Positions 38,711-56,375 of a stretch of DNA of 64,000 nt are shown piece by piece (position 1 is the first letter of the stretch; every line of letters begins with the position of its first letter). A program made the position numbers and the translations under genes. The notes beneath the pieces were generated by a model. It ran no database searches. It had not been told where the DNA came from and worked only from the letters and a program-made list of their open reading frames with translations. The DNA is from the human T2T-CHM13v2.0 reference genome, Homo sapiens: assembly GCF_009914755.1 (NCBI RefSeq), contig NC_060931.1, one strand, 5' to 3'.

Positions 38711-39739
38711 GGCCTTGGCTCTGCCCTCCATCCTGGGACCTGGCGGTGGCACCCACCAGCAGTTTAGCCTCCAGGGAGAGCCCTGTGGGTGCCAGCCCCC
38801 CTCCCTCACACCCCTGGCCGTGGGGAGTCAGAACAGTGCCCTCAGCTCGAGCGAGAGGACCTGTGTCTCCCGCTCCTCTCACCTTGGCCTCGGTTTGCAG
38901 CTTGTCTGGCCCTTGGGTTCCAAACTTGCTGTTTCTCATGTGTTTGTGATTTGTGAATCCCCCTCAGGCTGTGCTCTTCATGAGGTTATAACAAGTCTCA
39001 TAAGTGGTGACATAAAACATTAAAACATCTTTTAACAACTGCCTCCCATTGCTCCAAAGTCCTCAGGTCCCTAGATGGGGCTGGGCTTGGGGTTTGGTGG
39101 CCTTGATTCTGTGTAACGGTCTCTGGACACACTGCCCTGATGGGTCTAGGCTCCCGGGCAGGTTGGCCGGCCCTCTCGTCAGACCTGGCTCCCCAGAGAA
39201 TCCGAGGCCAGGCCCTTCCCCACGTCTGCTCCCTCATCTCTATGCCCAACTGGCCCCCAGAGGCTGGGGCGGGGGTGGTGGTGGGCTTTCCTAAGTAGCC
39301 CCCCAGCCGGAGGAGAAGGACTAGACTCAGGGATGAGAACAGAGCTCAAGGGAAAGAAACATGTATCCTTCCCAGACTGCGCCACACTCTCTCAGCTTCC
39401 TCACCATACACACTCCTATCTGCACCATGGCATTGAACACTTCTTTGCCAGCTGGTGACAGTTGCAGTTTTTCTTTAGGAAGGAAAGAATTCTATTAGGA
39501 GGAGGTGGGGGTCGAGGCAGCCTAGGAAAGTGGGAAGGACAATCACCCGGGAGCCGGGCACAGGCGCTCCCACTCCCAGGTGGGACCCTGGGTCAGCATT
39601 TAACCTGCCTGGGCCTCAAGCTCTTCCTAAGGGGGTTCCAACAGATCAGATCAAACCTCTTAGCAACAGAATTCTTTAATGACAATGTTCTCAGAACCTC
39701 AAAAGATAAAACTGACCGATGTGGAGTGGGGAACTCAGA

Positions 39740-39885
39740 ATCTCTCTGTGCCTCAGTTTACTCATCTGTAAAGTGATAACTGCACTCACTGCACTGGGGT
39801 GTCGTGAGGACTCAGTGAGGTAATAACCGTAAAGTGCCGAGAACAGTGTCTAGCACATAGTGAGCGTGGTATCAAGTACTTGTTC
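39740..39885 (+). mobile_element. MIR SINE
   Basis: TCTCTGTGCCTCAGTTTACTCATCTGTAAAGTG. Confidence 0.8.
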
Positions 39886-40047
39886 AGTAAAGTGCTCTCA
39901 AAGCAGAGGGTGAAAACTGCCTTCGGGGAAAACGAGAACAGGAATCAAGCTTGTGTTACCTGTCGGAGCCGCCCGGCTAAGCAGGGGCGCTGCCCAGCTC
40001 CCCCTGCCCCCCAGAGCCGGTGAAGGCGGTGCCAGGAGGTCCCTTAC

Positions 40048-41002
40048 CTGCCGAGAGGAGGTGCTGTTAACGGGATCGGGCACCGGTGCGAGAAGGCTGG
40101 GCGGGTTCTTTTTGTGAACGCTATTCATACCAGGCATTTTAGTGATTTTACAGGCTTTGCTACTAGAACTCGAGTTCTTACGCTTTTTTCCTTCTGATTT
40201 GTCAAAAGAGAGGGGCAGAGAAGACACAGCATTGTGTGAGGCCAGAGAGAGGTCCCCTGCGTGGAGCGCAAGGGAGGGCACAGAGAGGGGACAGGAGTCA
40301 CTGCTGCCTCCCACCGCGCCCACCTGTCTCACTATGTCCGCGGGGCCGCCGGGCAGCGAGGTCCGTCCTGAGGGCTCCAGTTTGGCACTGAGTGGGCTCA
40401 CCCCATTGTTTGAGTTGTGCACAGACAGGCTGTTATAGGGAGGGGCCGCCTGATAGGAGTTCAAAGCAGAACTGGCATTCAAAACACAGTTCTTTTTGTG
40501 AGGCCCTGACAGTGGAGACGAGAGGGATGTCTGCAAGGAAGAGGAGGAGGAGGAGGAGGAGGAGGAAGTCGAAGACTGTGGCTTCCTTTTTTTGTTACTT
40601 GGAGACTCGTCGCTACGGGTGGACAGGTCTTTGACTTTTGAGGATTTGCTGGTTTTGGTTTTGGATGGCTTGTGGGATGGGGAAGGGATGACGGCTGGTA
40701 TCGGGGACACGGCGGATGGGGCCTTGAAGGTTGAGTCCATGATGCTGAGGGTTGCGGCCACATGAGGGAAAGCTGTGGTGTGGGACATGAGGGCGCTCGG
40801 GTCCGGCGATGTCACGAAAGCTGCGTTTGAGAGCATGGCTGATGTCATTATGTAAGAAGAGGTGAGCCTCGAGCTGATGGGAGCTGAAGGAAGATACACA
40901 GCACTGGGGTTGCTGAAAGGCTGCAAAACGGATGCTGGAACGGGGGTGGTGATGTGGGCTGCTGGCGAGGGCAGGGGGCTATCTGCCGCAGGAGGGATCT
41001 TC
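40048..41002 (-). CDS. ATXN7L1: ATXN7L1 large Ser/Pro-rich coding exon, 955 nt
   Basis: Acceptor TCTCATGTTTAG|GAAG, donor CAG|GTAAGG. Open frame KIPPAADSP...NSTSSRQ with NLS-like KKRKP and KKRKN. Phase 2-0 fits the neighbouring exons. Confidence 0.94.
40537..40566 (-). repeat. ATXN7L1: Coding (TCC)8 TCT TCC repeat encoding poly-Ser10
   Basis: (GGA)8 at 40543-40566 on +. Confidence 0.95.
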
Positions 41003-42739
41003 CTAAACATGAGAGAAGAGTGAAAGAGAATCAGTGAGACATCGGGTTGGCATTGCTCAGGAGGCTCGATGACGTTTGAGGATCAGGGCTACAGAGGACA
41101 CCCCGGCAGAACCAGACTATGGAGAATGGAGCCTTGAAGGATGGGAGAATCTGAAGCATGGCCCCTCCTTATGGCACCCCCCATTGCAACATCCAGCAAC
41201 CTAATTTTCATCACGCACAGTCTTTCAGATCCTTTTCTCCAGGCTTGGCTACTGGAGAAGGCCTGATTTGGGTTCATGAATAAAAGGTCAATGTTATTTA
41301 GAATAGAAATCTCCCCAGTATTCTCCTCTCTCAACCACTGCCCCCACCCCCCAACTCTCTTTTTTTGGCAGCAATGAAGGTGGTTTTTAATGAGAAGTGA
41401 TCATTTCACATGTAGGTCCTGGTTGCAAGTAAGAAATGTGAGGACAGGGCTTTGCTACCTGGACACAGGGGCCGGAGCTTCCCCTCTCCACCCACTCCAG
41501 CTTCTGCCCAGAGACTCTCGGGGCTTTCCCCACCCTGCTCTGGGCTGGAGGCAGTTGGGGAACGGCCCTCTCCAAGGCCAGCATCCTCTCGCCTTTGCTG
41601 TCTGCAGCCTCTGGTTCCCTCTGCAGAGAGCCATTTCCACACTGACTCGCGGCTGCTGGCTCCTGGTGGCTGGGCCGTGGAGGGTTAGGGGTTTGGGAAT
41701 GGTGAGATGGCAAGTTGCCCATTCCCAGGACTAGCTTTGTTTTTTCCTATTCAGCCCATTCTACCTTAGCTCTTGCTCAGAGGAGCTGTCTGGGGTGTGG
41801 CTGCTGACCACACCCCACACGGGTCTTCTTGTCCCGTGTTAGGAAATGGTGAGTGTGGGGACCCTCATATGTCCAGAGAAGGAGATCAGGGATTTCTAGT
41901 TTGTTCTGAAGATAAATGTAGGATGTGGACAGGAGGAGAAAAACAGGAGGGAAGGGGAAACCCACTGTTTTCTTCTTTGGTCTTCTTGGAGGCTGGGGGG
42001 TACCTCAGAGCAAACTCCCTGGAGCCAAGGCCAGCACTAGGCTGTGGCTTACTCTTGGGGCCTCCCTGCAAACTCCATCTTCTGATTTGCGCTGGGAGTG
42101 ACTCCTCCTTCCGTCCTACAGCCTGGGGTGCTGCTGCTGCTACTCTGGGGACCGGGAGGAGGCACACGGCCACAGGGACGTTTGTTCGTGATTTTGCAGG
42201 AAAGCACATGGCCCTCGGGAGCCAGGTAAATGTGTTCAAGCTGGTCCTTTCCCATTTCTCACCTTGCTCCCTCTCCCGGTTTCCCTGGGAAATCATTTTC
42301 ACTGTAGCTGGGGCTCACTAGCGATTAGGAACTAGCTTTCCTTCTTTGAAAGCAGCACATGAAGGTGAGCAGGCCCAGAGCCTGTGCCCCAGTGGGCTAG
42401 AACACGTGCAAGACAGGGCCTCACACCGTCCTTTCTCTTCTTTGGAGGCCACTCTCCCAGCTGTAGCATCAGGACCAGGTGCCAGCGAACTCTGGAAAGA
42501 GGCACTGCTGAGAGATAAATGTCTCTCCTAGCGTTCCTCTCTGAAGATTCTGCTTTTGGCCTGCACTTTGGTGGAGCCTGTGGCATCCATCTTTAGGGTA
42601 GAATCCAGAGGAATCCTTGTCCTTGAAAACGTCAGACCAAAGGGATCAAATACAAGAGAAAAATGTTGCCAAACTCACAATGGCCATGATGGCATTGAGA
42701 ATTTACACTCTCTCAAGCCTAAAGAAGGTAAGAGATCCT

Positions 42740-42840
42740 GTAAGCACTCAGCAAGGTGCCCCATAAATACTTGTTGCAATGAATGAATGAGTGAATGAAT
42801 GGATGGATGAATGGGTAGGTGGATGGGTGAGCAGGTGGAT
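42740..42840 (+). repeat. L2 3' tail with (TGAA/TGGA)n
   Basis: CCCATAAATACTTGTTGCAATGAATGAATGAGTGAATGAATGGATGGATG. Confidence 0.7.
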
Positions 42841-43219
42841 TCTCAGCAGCACCATACCCATATTGTCAGGAACTATGCATGGTGGGCAAGGACTCCCATA
42901 TGATCAGACTGGAAATGTCTACACACATCCTTAGAACTGTCTGGCCCTGCACAACCCCTTCCTAACAGGGGCAGGGAACATTTCTTAGAGGGGGAGGAAC
43001 CTCCCAACTTTCCTGCTGCTTTTGTTGCCTTGCTGTGGTACTATAGGCAACCCACTCCATCTTTCCTTGACTCAAGTTTGCTTACACTAAAGTATAGATA
43101 GAAATACATGTGGGCAGAGGTTTGGCAGTTACTTGGAATAAAAAGTTATTTACAAATACCAGATGGCTCATTTAGAGAGGATCCCAATCAATGACTTTGA
43201 ATGGGATCCATTTTTTCCA

Positions 43220-43509
<290 letters not shown>

Positions 43510-43977
43510 TGAATGGGATCCATTTTTAATGTCTCAATTTATAATTTTCCAATTAAATAGTATAAATTCACACTTCAACTTGTGCTGACTAGCAGAGTTG
43601 AAGCCCTAAATCTTAACCTGGCTGACACTCAGGATTGGGATGGGTGCTATTTTTAGGCACGCTTTCTATCCTTTTCTTGCCTCACTACTCACAAGTGGAT
43701 AGCAGGGGCAGGAGGGGAGATAGGGCAGGGGAGAAATAGGGTGAGGGGCATGTGGCAGCTCCCTGTCCCCAGGAGTCCCTTCCCCGCCAAGGCTAAACAG
43801 TTTATGTGTTTTTCTAGGTGTCAAATGGCAGTGGATTTCAGCTTTGCTGGGCTGTGCCCTGGTTTAAGCTTTGCACACTGGCCCAGGGAAGTCCCACACT
43901 AAAGCCCACAGATGCGAATAAATTACTGACAGTGCCCAACCTCCCCTGCCAGGTGGCATGGAGGTCCAGATGCTGAC

Positions 43978-44283
43978 CTGGCTGAAAGAGAATACTGTGT
44001 TGGCGGCTCCTGATGCAGAGTTAAATGCTTGTTAAAGAAAAAAGAGTCTTGGCCGTTCCTTTTCTTCCTAATGTCTTCCACGCCCCCATCGGCTGCCATC
44101 CCTCCAGGTTCGGGCCCGCCGGGGCCTGGGGTTTGGGCAGCGAGGTTGAGAGGGTAGCGGGGTGCTACGCTCTCCAGAGTTGACACCCAGGCAGCCCCAA
44201 TGTTGCTCAGTGACAGCAGATTGGTTAGGCAAGTCCTGAACAGGGGGGAGGGACCTGATGCCCTGTGGCTCGGGTTTCTGTGC
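43978..44283 (-). CDS. ATXN7L1: Candidate in-frame cassette exon of ATXN7L1 (306 nt, 102 codons)
   Basis: Acceptor TTCCTTTCCTCCTCAG|G, donor CAG|GTCAGC. Phase 2-2 and stop-free in the frame set by the upstream exon. Confidence 0.7.
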
Positions 44284-45211
44284 CTGAGGAGGAAAGGAAT
44301 ATGGAGCTTGAGCTGACAGGACACCAGGGAGTGAAATACAGATCAACACATTCCTTCCACGTGTCCGGGATTGACACTTCCATAACACAGGGAGCAAAGA
44401 GCTGCGAGGATCACCAGGGCTGGCTGCCGTCTTGGGGAACAAGAGCAGAGGCTCAATCACCAAGTAACTGAGAGCACAGTCACCCCACGTGTAGCACCAA
44501 TTTGTTGCTGTTTGGAATGGACACAAGTAAATATCAAGGGTGCCCTTTACACACACTGGGCAGTCACTTAAATGGGAAGAAATGATAAGCTTCTCTTGTG
44601 GCCCTTACCTACCTTATAGTAAATGTTAACATTTAGTACTAAGTCTGCCATGAGAGCTCAATTCAGACACAAATGGGGCTCACTTCTCCTAGAAGTTCAG
44701 GTCTGGAAGCTCTTTAGGCTTCCAGAAAGGGGCCTAAGGTGTCGTAGCTGCCTGGGGGAGAGGAGGAATCCTGGAAGAGGGGCAAATTTTGACTTCTGTT
44801 CCCTCCCATTTTTTAGGAATCCCTTCCTTGCCTCTACTGGACCTCAGTGGGCAGCTGGGGGGCCTCAGCTGTTGTCCTTCCTGGACTGTCTAGGCCCAGA
44901 TTTATGTGATCCATGACTCCAATGGATGATGATATCTTGAGAGCTCACCTTTGTAGGAGTGGGGGATGGGGATACCCAGTGGGCCGGCCTTACATTATCA
45001 AGCGGCCTATTATTTCTTACCAATAGCATTCTTCCAGATTAAGGCTTCTTCCCTGTTTATGAATCCCCTATTAAAATGTAAGTACACTGGGAAGTGGATA
45101 GTAAAGGAACTTAAGAGAAAGGGAACCTAAGTTGGAGTTTAGGGTAGAGAAGTACAAGTAGAGGTGGGTGGGGAGTCCTAAGGAGGCGGGAAGGGCCAAA
45201 GACAAACTTAA

Positions 45212-46033
<822 letters not shown>

Positions 46034-46376
46034 AGAAGCATGTTCTTAACATCCTTAGATTCTCTGGGAGCAATAAAAAGGCCCTTTAACTTAGGTAAAC
46101 AGACAATATATTATCTAACATCCTTCTCATTTAGGAGATTACCAACACAAAAATGGTCTCCAAAAAAGACAAAGCATGTAACACATCATTCGTGTTTCTC
46201 AAAACCTTCAGGCAAACCATTAAGAAGAGCTGGTATTTAAGAATTAATCAAGCATCCTGACTTCAGAATCATTTTGTTCTATGAAAAGTCAGCCACTGAC
46301 ATTTATTTAGAAAGTTAAGTTTCAGGTAACTGTGGGGCAGCTTGGATCTTATATTGCACAAAAGCTGCTCACTTAC

Positions 46377-46498
46377 TTCCACATCTGTGAATTCAGGTGT
46401 TTTTCTACCATGGAGTTTAGTGCGAATCGAAAACGATCCCATCTTCTATCAAACACATAGTACCCTCGTCCCATGAGGCGACTCCCAAATGAGCAAAA
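46377..46498 (-). CDS. ATXN7L1: ATXN7L1 coding exon, conserved ataxin-7 family block (FCSFGSRLMGRGYYVFDRRWDRFRFALNSMVEKHLNSQMW), 122 nt
   Basis: Acceptor TTTTCCTCACAG|TTT, donor AA|GTAAGT. Strong similarity to ATXN7 FCSFGSRQIGRGYYVFD. Missing from the ORF track because it is short. Confidence 0.96.
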
Positions 46499-46713
46499 CT
46501 GTGAGGAAAAAAAAATTTTAATTTTGATTACAGGTTAATAAGCTAATATAAACTATACAGAGAAAAATAACATTTACATAAAAACATACAAGGGCACAGT
46601 TTTACTCAAAGAAGCAAACCGTACTGAAGCCAAAAATACTTCTGCAGTTCTGTAGTTTGAGCTCTGGATTTTCTGCAGAACCTCATATTACAACTCAACA
46701 ATAGCTACATTCA

Positions 46714-47416
<703 letters not shown>

Positions 47417-48779
47417 TCAATCCCAATTTCCCCCTCTCTCTCCTGGTTCCCTTATCAAGACTCTCATTTCCAGTGGCTCTCATCTGAGTGATCTTCCCAC
47501 TGTGAATTCCCATGGCACACCCATTGCCTGCTTTATTACATTTTGCCTTGGACTTATGACATGGCTGTTTTACATTATACACAGGATGCCTACATACCTG
47601 ATTCGACTATCAGTGTATAGACAGGGGAGCCCATCCTCTTCCTTCTCCTTAGTATGAGGATAGTAGGCATTTGGGCTAACAAATAGATGGGGGAGACAGG
47701 GATCCACAAAATGTTTAAAGCACACTATCCCTCTTAAAATATGTGGATGAAATATTGGCATTCAGATGTTTAATAAACATTTGATTATGATGTTAGGGCA
47801 ACCGGAAGGCTAGCAGACAGAAATGCAAGAAGCAGCCTCAGAGAAGGTGACATTTGGCTGGTTTAGGGCTCAGGCAAGTCTGCAAATGACTCTATAACTC
47901 AAAAGCAGCTCTCCCCCTTCCTCCAGGCCTCCCAGCAGCTCCCTGGCCTCTCTCCCAGACACAGGGCTGGATTGGCACTCATTCCACAAACCCGTCCTGG
48001 AACCAGACTTTGGAACAACAGTTCTCAGGAGGAAATGCAAGACCTTCCCTTTGTTCTGTTTCTATTGGTGTTTTGGGGGGTTTCGCATTAAAATCTTATC
48101 ACCCATCAAATCTGGTACTGCTGATGAAAAACACTTTTCTGCACCTTCATGTTAAGTGCTTACTGACCAAGCAAGAAAACACACAAAGGGAATTTTCCGA
48201 CATAGAAGCTGGTCCCCGGCAGCATGTGGGAGCTGTTCCAGGTCTAGACATCATTTCTTCCCTCATCCCAATTGCTAAAGATGCACCGAGCAAGCATTCA
48301 TTACAAACAATTATTTAATGTATCAACTGGCCATGAGAGAAAGGACAAAGCAAAGACACAAATCTGTGGCCTTTCCATTTAAATCAGCAAAACATTAAGG
48401 GCACACAGCTGCGCCACATCCCGAGTTTAGCGAATCCACTGCAGCCTGGCAGTTTGTCATCTGGACAAATGTCTTGATGTGCTCCAGAGTCTGGCCTTCT
48501 GGCAGAGCCTCATATTTCTTTCAGACTCAGGAGCTGGAGGCACCGTTTTGTCTTTGCTACCTGTGTATCTGATTCCGTACAGATGCGAGGCTAGGCCCTG
48601 AGAGGCTCCAGTTCCCGGCTGGCATGTTACGCCTCCAGCAGAGCTGTAGATCCTCACTGCGTGGGCCACCGTGGCAGACCCTACTGGTTGCCAACCTCAC
48701 CAACTACCACCCACTCCCACCTCTCTCTGTCTTTTCCTTGCTAACAGAACCACACTTTTATTCTGATATCTGACACAGA

Positions 48780-49256
48780 GCAGTAATCAAGCGGGTCTCC
48801 TCCCAGAACCTTGGGATGAATCATGGCTGGTTCCTCCTGCGTCACTGCAACCCCTTCCTTCTCTGCTGCGAATTGATCCGGCGGGGGCATGTGACCCATT
48901 TCTGGTAGATATAAGGGGAAGTCTGCTGGGGTTTTCATAGGAAGATTTTCTTTCCTAACATAAGGCAACATCTTGGAAGAAGACCCCTTTTCTGTTTGTC
49001 CCTTTCCAACCTGAGTAGCACACCACTGGGTGAGGATGTAATATCGGAGCAGCAGCTGACGTACAGGGACCATGCGTGAAAAGTAGAGGGAATTGCAGAG
49101 ATTGTCCCTCAGCTCCATGACATCGTGGAGAAGCTGAACCAAGCTTGGGAGCACCTGCCTCTACACGCCCTGCTACGTGAGATGATTAAATGACCTTAGC
49201 GCTTGTGCCAGATGAGTTGAATGTTCCACTTCTGGCAGTCAAAGGCATTCTTAATC
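48780..49256 (+). mobile_element. Old ERVL LTR (LTR33/LTR16-like)
   Basis: GGGGGCATGTGACCCATTTCTGG...AAGGGGAAGTCTGCTGGGG...GTGAGATGATTAAA...AAAGGCATTCTTAA. Confidence 0.55.
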
Positions 49257-50254
49257 GTCCCTATTTTCTGTACTAAACAAGAGGCAAAGTCTCAGGCTGA
49301 TGGTGAGCCACAGGTAAGCATTATCCCCAGGAAAGGAAGTGAACTTGGCCTTCGTTCATGACATGGATAGGAGGGAAGAGGGATTCACTCGATCTTGATG
49401 CGGGACCAGGATGGATTTCACTTACACAGTCTAGAGACAGAGCTGATCCTGCAGGACTCAGGCTGGCACCAGAGTAAACCACCATGGGGTCCCATGTTCT
49501 AGGCCCCTGCATTTGGCTCTGCAATGGCAGCACCAGGCATTCCCTCCTCAAGTGCTCGTACGCAAACAATAAACAAGCCTCCAGGGGATGCCTCCTGTGA
49601 GGTGGGAAACTAAGGTCCCACCTCAGTGTCAATGACCTTCTGAACTGTCAGTGTGCACTCATTCAAGGAAATGGAAAGAAAGTGCCCTTCTTACTAATCA
49701 GCAATCATGGTGACCTGAAATGCTTCCTCTTTCCTTCAACACACACACACGCTCAGTTCTGGTGCCATATGGTCACACAACAGTAACACTTAGAACCAAC
49801 AGGGGAGAATACCAACAAGGGCTGGCCCCTGACACGCTGCTAAGACAGTTTCCAGAGTAGGTGAACCGAGCTAACCCTGGACATCAGAGGCTCCGTTTTT
49901 AGATGGACAAGGCCAGAGGGTCAGCTCCTGAGTGCACTTACAGAAACACTATTTCTCACGCGTGCTCGCTTCAAAGCGGGCCATAAATACTCGGGATTAT
50001 CCATTTTTTCCCCTTTTTTCTTTTTAGTAGTATGCGGAAGTACTTGGGATTATAATAAGCTGGGAGCCCATTCCTTTCCTTTTGTAATGTTCAAGGGTAT
50101 TTCTAAGGCAATCATTCAAACTCATGGTAAGCCTTTTTGTAAAACACTGCGCAGGCAGCCTTGCCTTAGGAAGGATCATGCCTCTGGTATGATCACCTAA
50201 GTGTCTGCAAAGCACAGGCGAAGAACGCATGGCAAGGAACGGAAGGAGGCCTAC

Positions 50255-50447
50255 CGCCAGAGGTCTGGGGTGGTGCGTGGAGAACTGACAGTCTAGCTTC
50301 TCGGATTCGTCGGCTCCGTCCATCTCCCCTTCATCACTGGACAGTCGGCTGGCGAGGTCACCTCCAACCGGTGGGAGTGGGGGCTCTGGAGTGTGGCCGC
50401 TATGATTTGAAGATGTGCTGCTGCTTATGCTATTTGCAGATGATGGT
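50255..50447 (-). CDS. ATXN7L1: ATXN7L1 coding exon (PSSANSISS...SRLSSDEGEMDG...HHPRPLA), 193 nt; upstream exons not found in this window
   Basis: Acceptor CTCTTGCCCTTAG|A, donor GCG|GTAGGC. The SRLSSxEGE...HPxP motif is shared with ATXN7. Phase 2-0. Confidence 0.94.
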
Positions 50448-50548
50448 CTAAGGGCAAGAGCGGAGAACAAACAAAATAAACCAAATGAACCTTTTCTGAG
50501 GTAACAAGATCCACCCAGTTTAATGGTGCTCAGAAAACAGCCTGATTA

Positions 50549-50873
<325 letters not shown>

Positions 50874-51393
50874 TCAGGGAGGGCACATTGGTGGTGACTT
50901 TGCATAAGGGAAAACAATCAAGGCTGAAGGGTTTGCAGTGACCAGCTCTCTCCAGTGACACAGTCAAGTTAGGTTCTGCCCCACTTGCTGTCCCTGGCGC
51001 AGATGACAGGAATGATGGGAAAGCCCAACAGTGTAAGTGGAACATGAGATATGGGAACGTGACAAAGTGAACTGAACCTACACCAGTCTTCTATGAATTC
51101 AGTTACAACTATTCACCCATTTGCAGGTAAGTAAGTTGTACTTGCCATACAGTTGCTTTCCTTTGAAAGTGGAACCTGACAGGAAGATCAACCAGGTAAA
51201 CAAGATCAGGGCAATCACCAAAAATATCAGTAATGAAGAAATGCAGTCCTATGCATACGTTCTTTGATACAAAGCTATGATTTTAGGAAACTGTTATACT
51301 GGCATGAAAAAAAGTTTTGTCCTGGTGATGGGCCACTCATTAGTACCTTACTCGGCACCCATGCCTGTTACTTAATATTAAGTTGTAGTTTAA

Positions 51394-51745
<352 letters not shown>

Positions 51746-52299
51746 TGACAAGCCCTTTTACGCACTGTGGGGCATGATTGGCTCATAGTAGGTGCTAAAG
51801 AGATATTTTTTTCAATGAACCAATGAATGAATTCTATGTGTGTATAAAACAACCCAACACATGTCATCTTAATTATGGTTAAGCTTATAAAAAAGCAATG
51901 TCACAATAAGAGGTAGAACTACCTGCTTCCTAGGCAGTAAAAAACAAAACAACACAAGGCAAAACCAAAATCAAACACATCCGCATTAGCAGAAGAGTTA
52001 GATGAGGAATAGTCACAGTTAACTGTTACTAGCTTTTACTACTTCTCCACTTTCATCAGGTGATTGAGCAGGGAGAGGTGACAAAGATAGGGAGAAAAAG
52101 AAGTTTTAGAGAAAAAAATTGTTTTTCTGCTTTCTGCTTTGAAAGCTGCTCCTTCAAGTCTCATGAAGCAGCACTGCTGATCTGTCTCCCTTTTCTCTTA
52201 TTTTCACCCTGGATACTTTGTTGCTTTGAAATCTTTTCAGGTCTCAAATACTTGAACTTAAAACAGAGTCCAAAAGTATAGTCACTTAAAAACAAAACC

Positions 52300-52700
52300 A
52301 CAAACGTGAAAACAACCCAACTGTCCATCAACAGATGACAAGATAAAATATGGTATATCCATTCAGTGGAATATTATGCAAGCCTTAAAAATGAATGAAA
52401 TTCTGCTACTATATGAATGACACTTGAAAGCATCACACTAAATGAAATAAGCCAGACACAAAGGACAAATATTGGATGGTTCCACTTACATGAGATACCT
52501 AGACAGAAAGTAGAACAAGAGTTATCAGGAGTTGGAAGGAGCGGGGAATAGGGAGGGGGTATTTAGTGGATATACAGTTCTGGAGATGGATGACAGTATG
52601 ACTACACAACATTGTGAATGTATTTAATGCCACTAAACTAGACACTTAAAAATAGTAAATTTTGTGTTATGTATATTTTACTATAAAAACAAAACAAGGC
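52300..52700 (+). mobile_element. L1MB-like 3' end
   Basis: AACAACCCAACTGTCCATCAACAGATGA...GAAATAAGCCAGACACAAAGGACAAATATTG...GACACTTAAAATAG. Confidence 0.8.
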
Positions 52701-53409
52701 CACATGTAGTTTTTCAGTGTCATAAGAATTATGTTGGGATGACAATTTATAGTGGACTATCACCTTCCTGTACTATAAAAACAAAGCTGCCATTCATTCT
52801 GCGTGTCTACAGGCCAAAGAACGCATCTCTCCCGACGTTCCTCAATACCTGTTCTTCTGTATCAGGAAGAGCAACAACACTATTGTCTGCTTACCGCTGA
52901 AGACCCAAATAATAAAACAATTTAGATGAGGCTGAAACATAAAAAAAAGAAAAAAAACCAGTATCCATAACTCTGCCACCCAAGATCAAGTGTTATTAGC
53001 ATTTTTATTTACATCCTTCCAGACGTTGTTACTGGGCACACACATGCAAATGCATTTTAAAGCAAGAACTGGATCACACGATCACCCGGAACATGAAATG
53101 TGGGTAGTACATACTATTTTGAGAGATGCTTTTTAAAAAACCTAGTGATGTTGTGGACGTGTTTCCATATATAGAACTATATCATTTTAAATATTCCCCA
53201 GTAATCCATAGTATGAATATATCACAATTTACTTAACAAATCTTCTGTTGATGAAGATTTGTTTCCAAACTTTCTAACAGGCTCTCTCTCTATGAAGCCC
53301 TCTCCATCATGATAGGACCTCCTTATCCTGCAGGAGATAGATTAAAAAGGAGCTGGATTTTACTAAGTGTGATAACAGCATCATGGTTATATAGAAAATT
53401 GCCTTTCTT

Positions 53410-54326
<917 letters not shown>

Positions 54327-54639
54327 TGTCTTTACTTTTAAAAGATGCATTTGGAAGGCGTCTGAGGTGAAATGCCATGGTACTTGCAATTTACATCAAA
54401 ACATATCATCAAAAAATGTAGATGAAGCAAATATAATTGCAAAATATTAATAAGTAACTGTTAAAGCAAGACCTGTAGGTGTTCAATATACTATTCTCTC
54501 TACTTTTCTATACATGGGAAAAATTTCATAATGAAAAATAGGAAAAACAAAAACAAGAAGAAAATAGAGTTAGTAGTACAGGTATATGTAAGAAAGTTAT
54601 TAAAGAACTTCCTATTTTTTGGTATTTTATTTTTCTTCG

Positions 54640-56375
<1,736 letters not shown>

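Noticed and set aside
50024-50254. ORF continuation past the 193-nt exon donor
   Set aside because: A clear donor at 50254 and a phase-compatible next exon explain the structure. The continuation has no family similarity.
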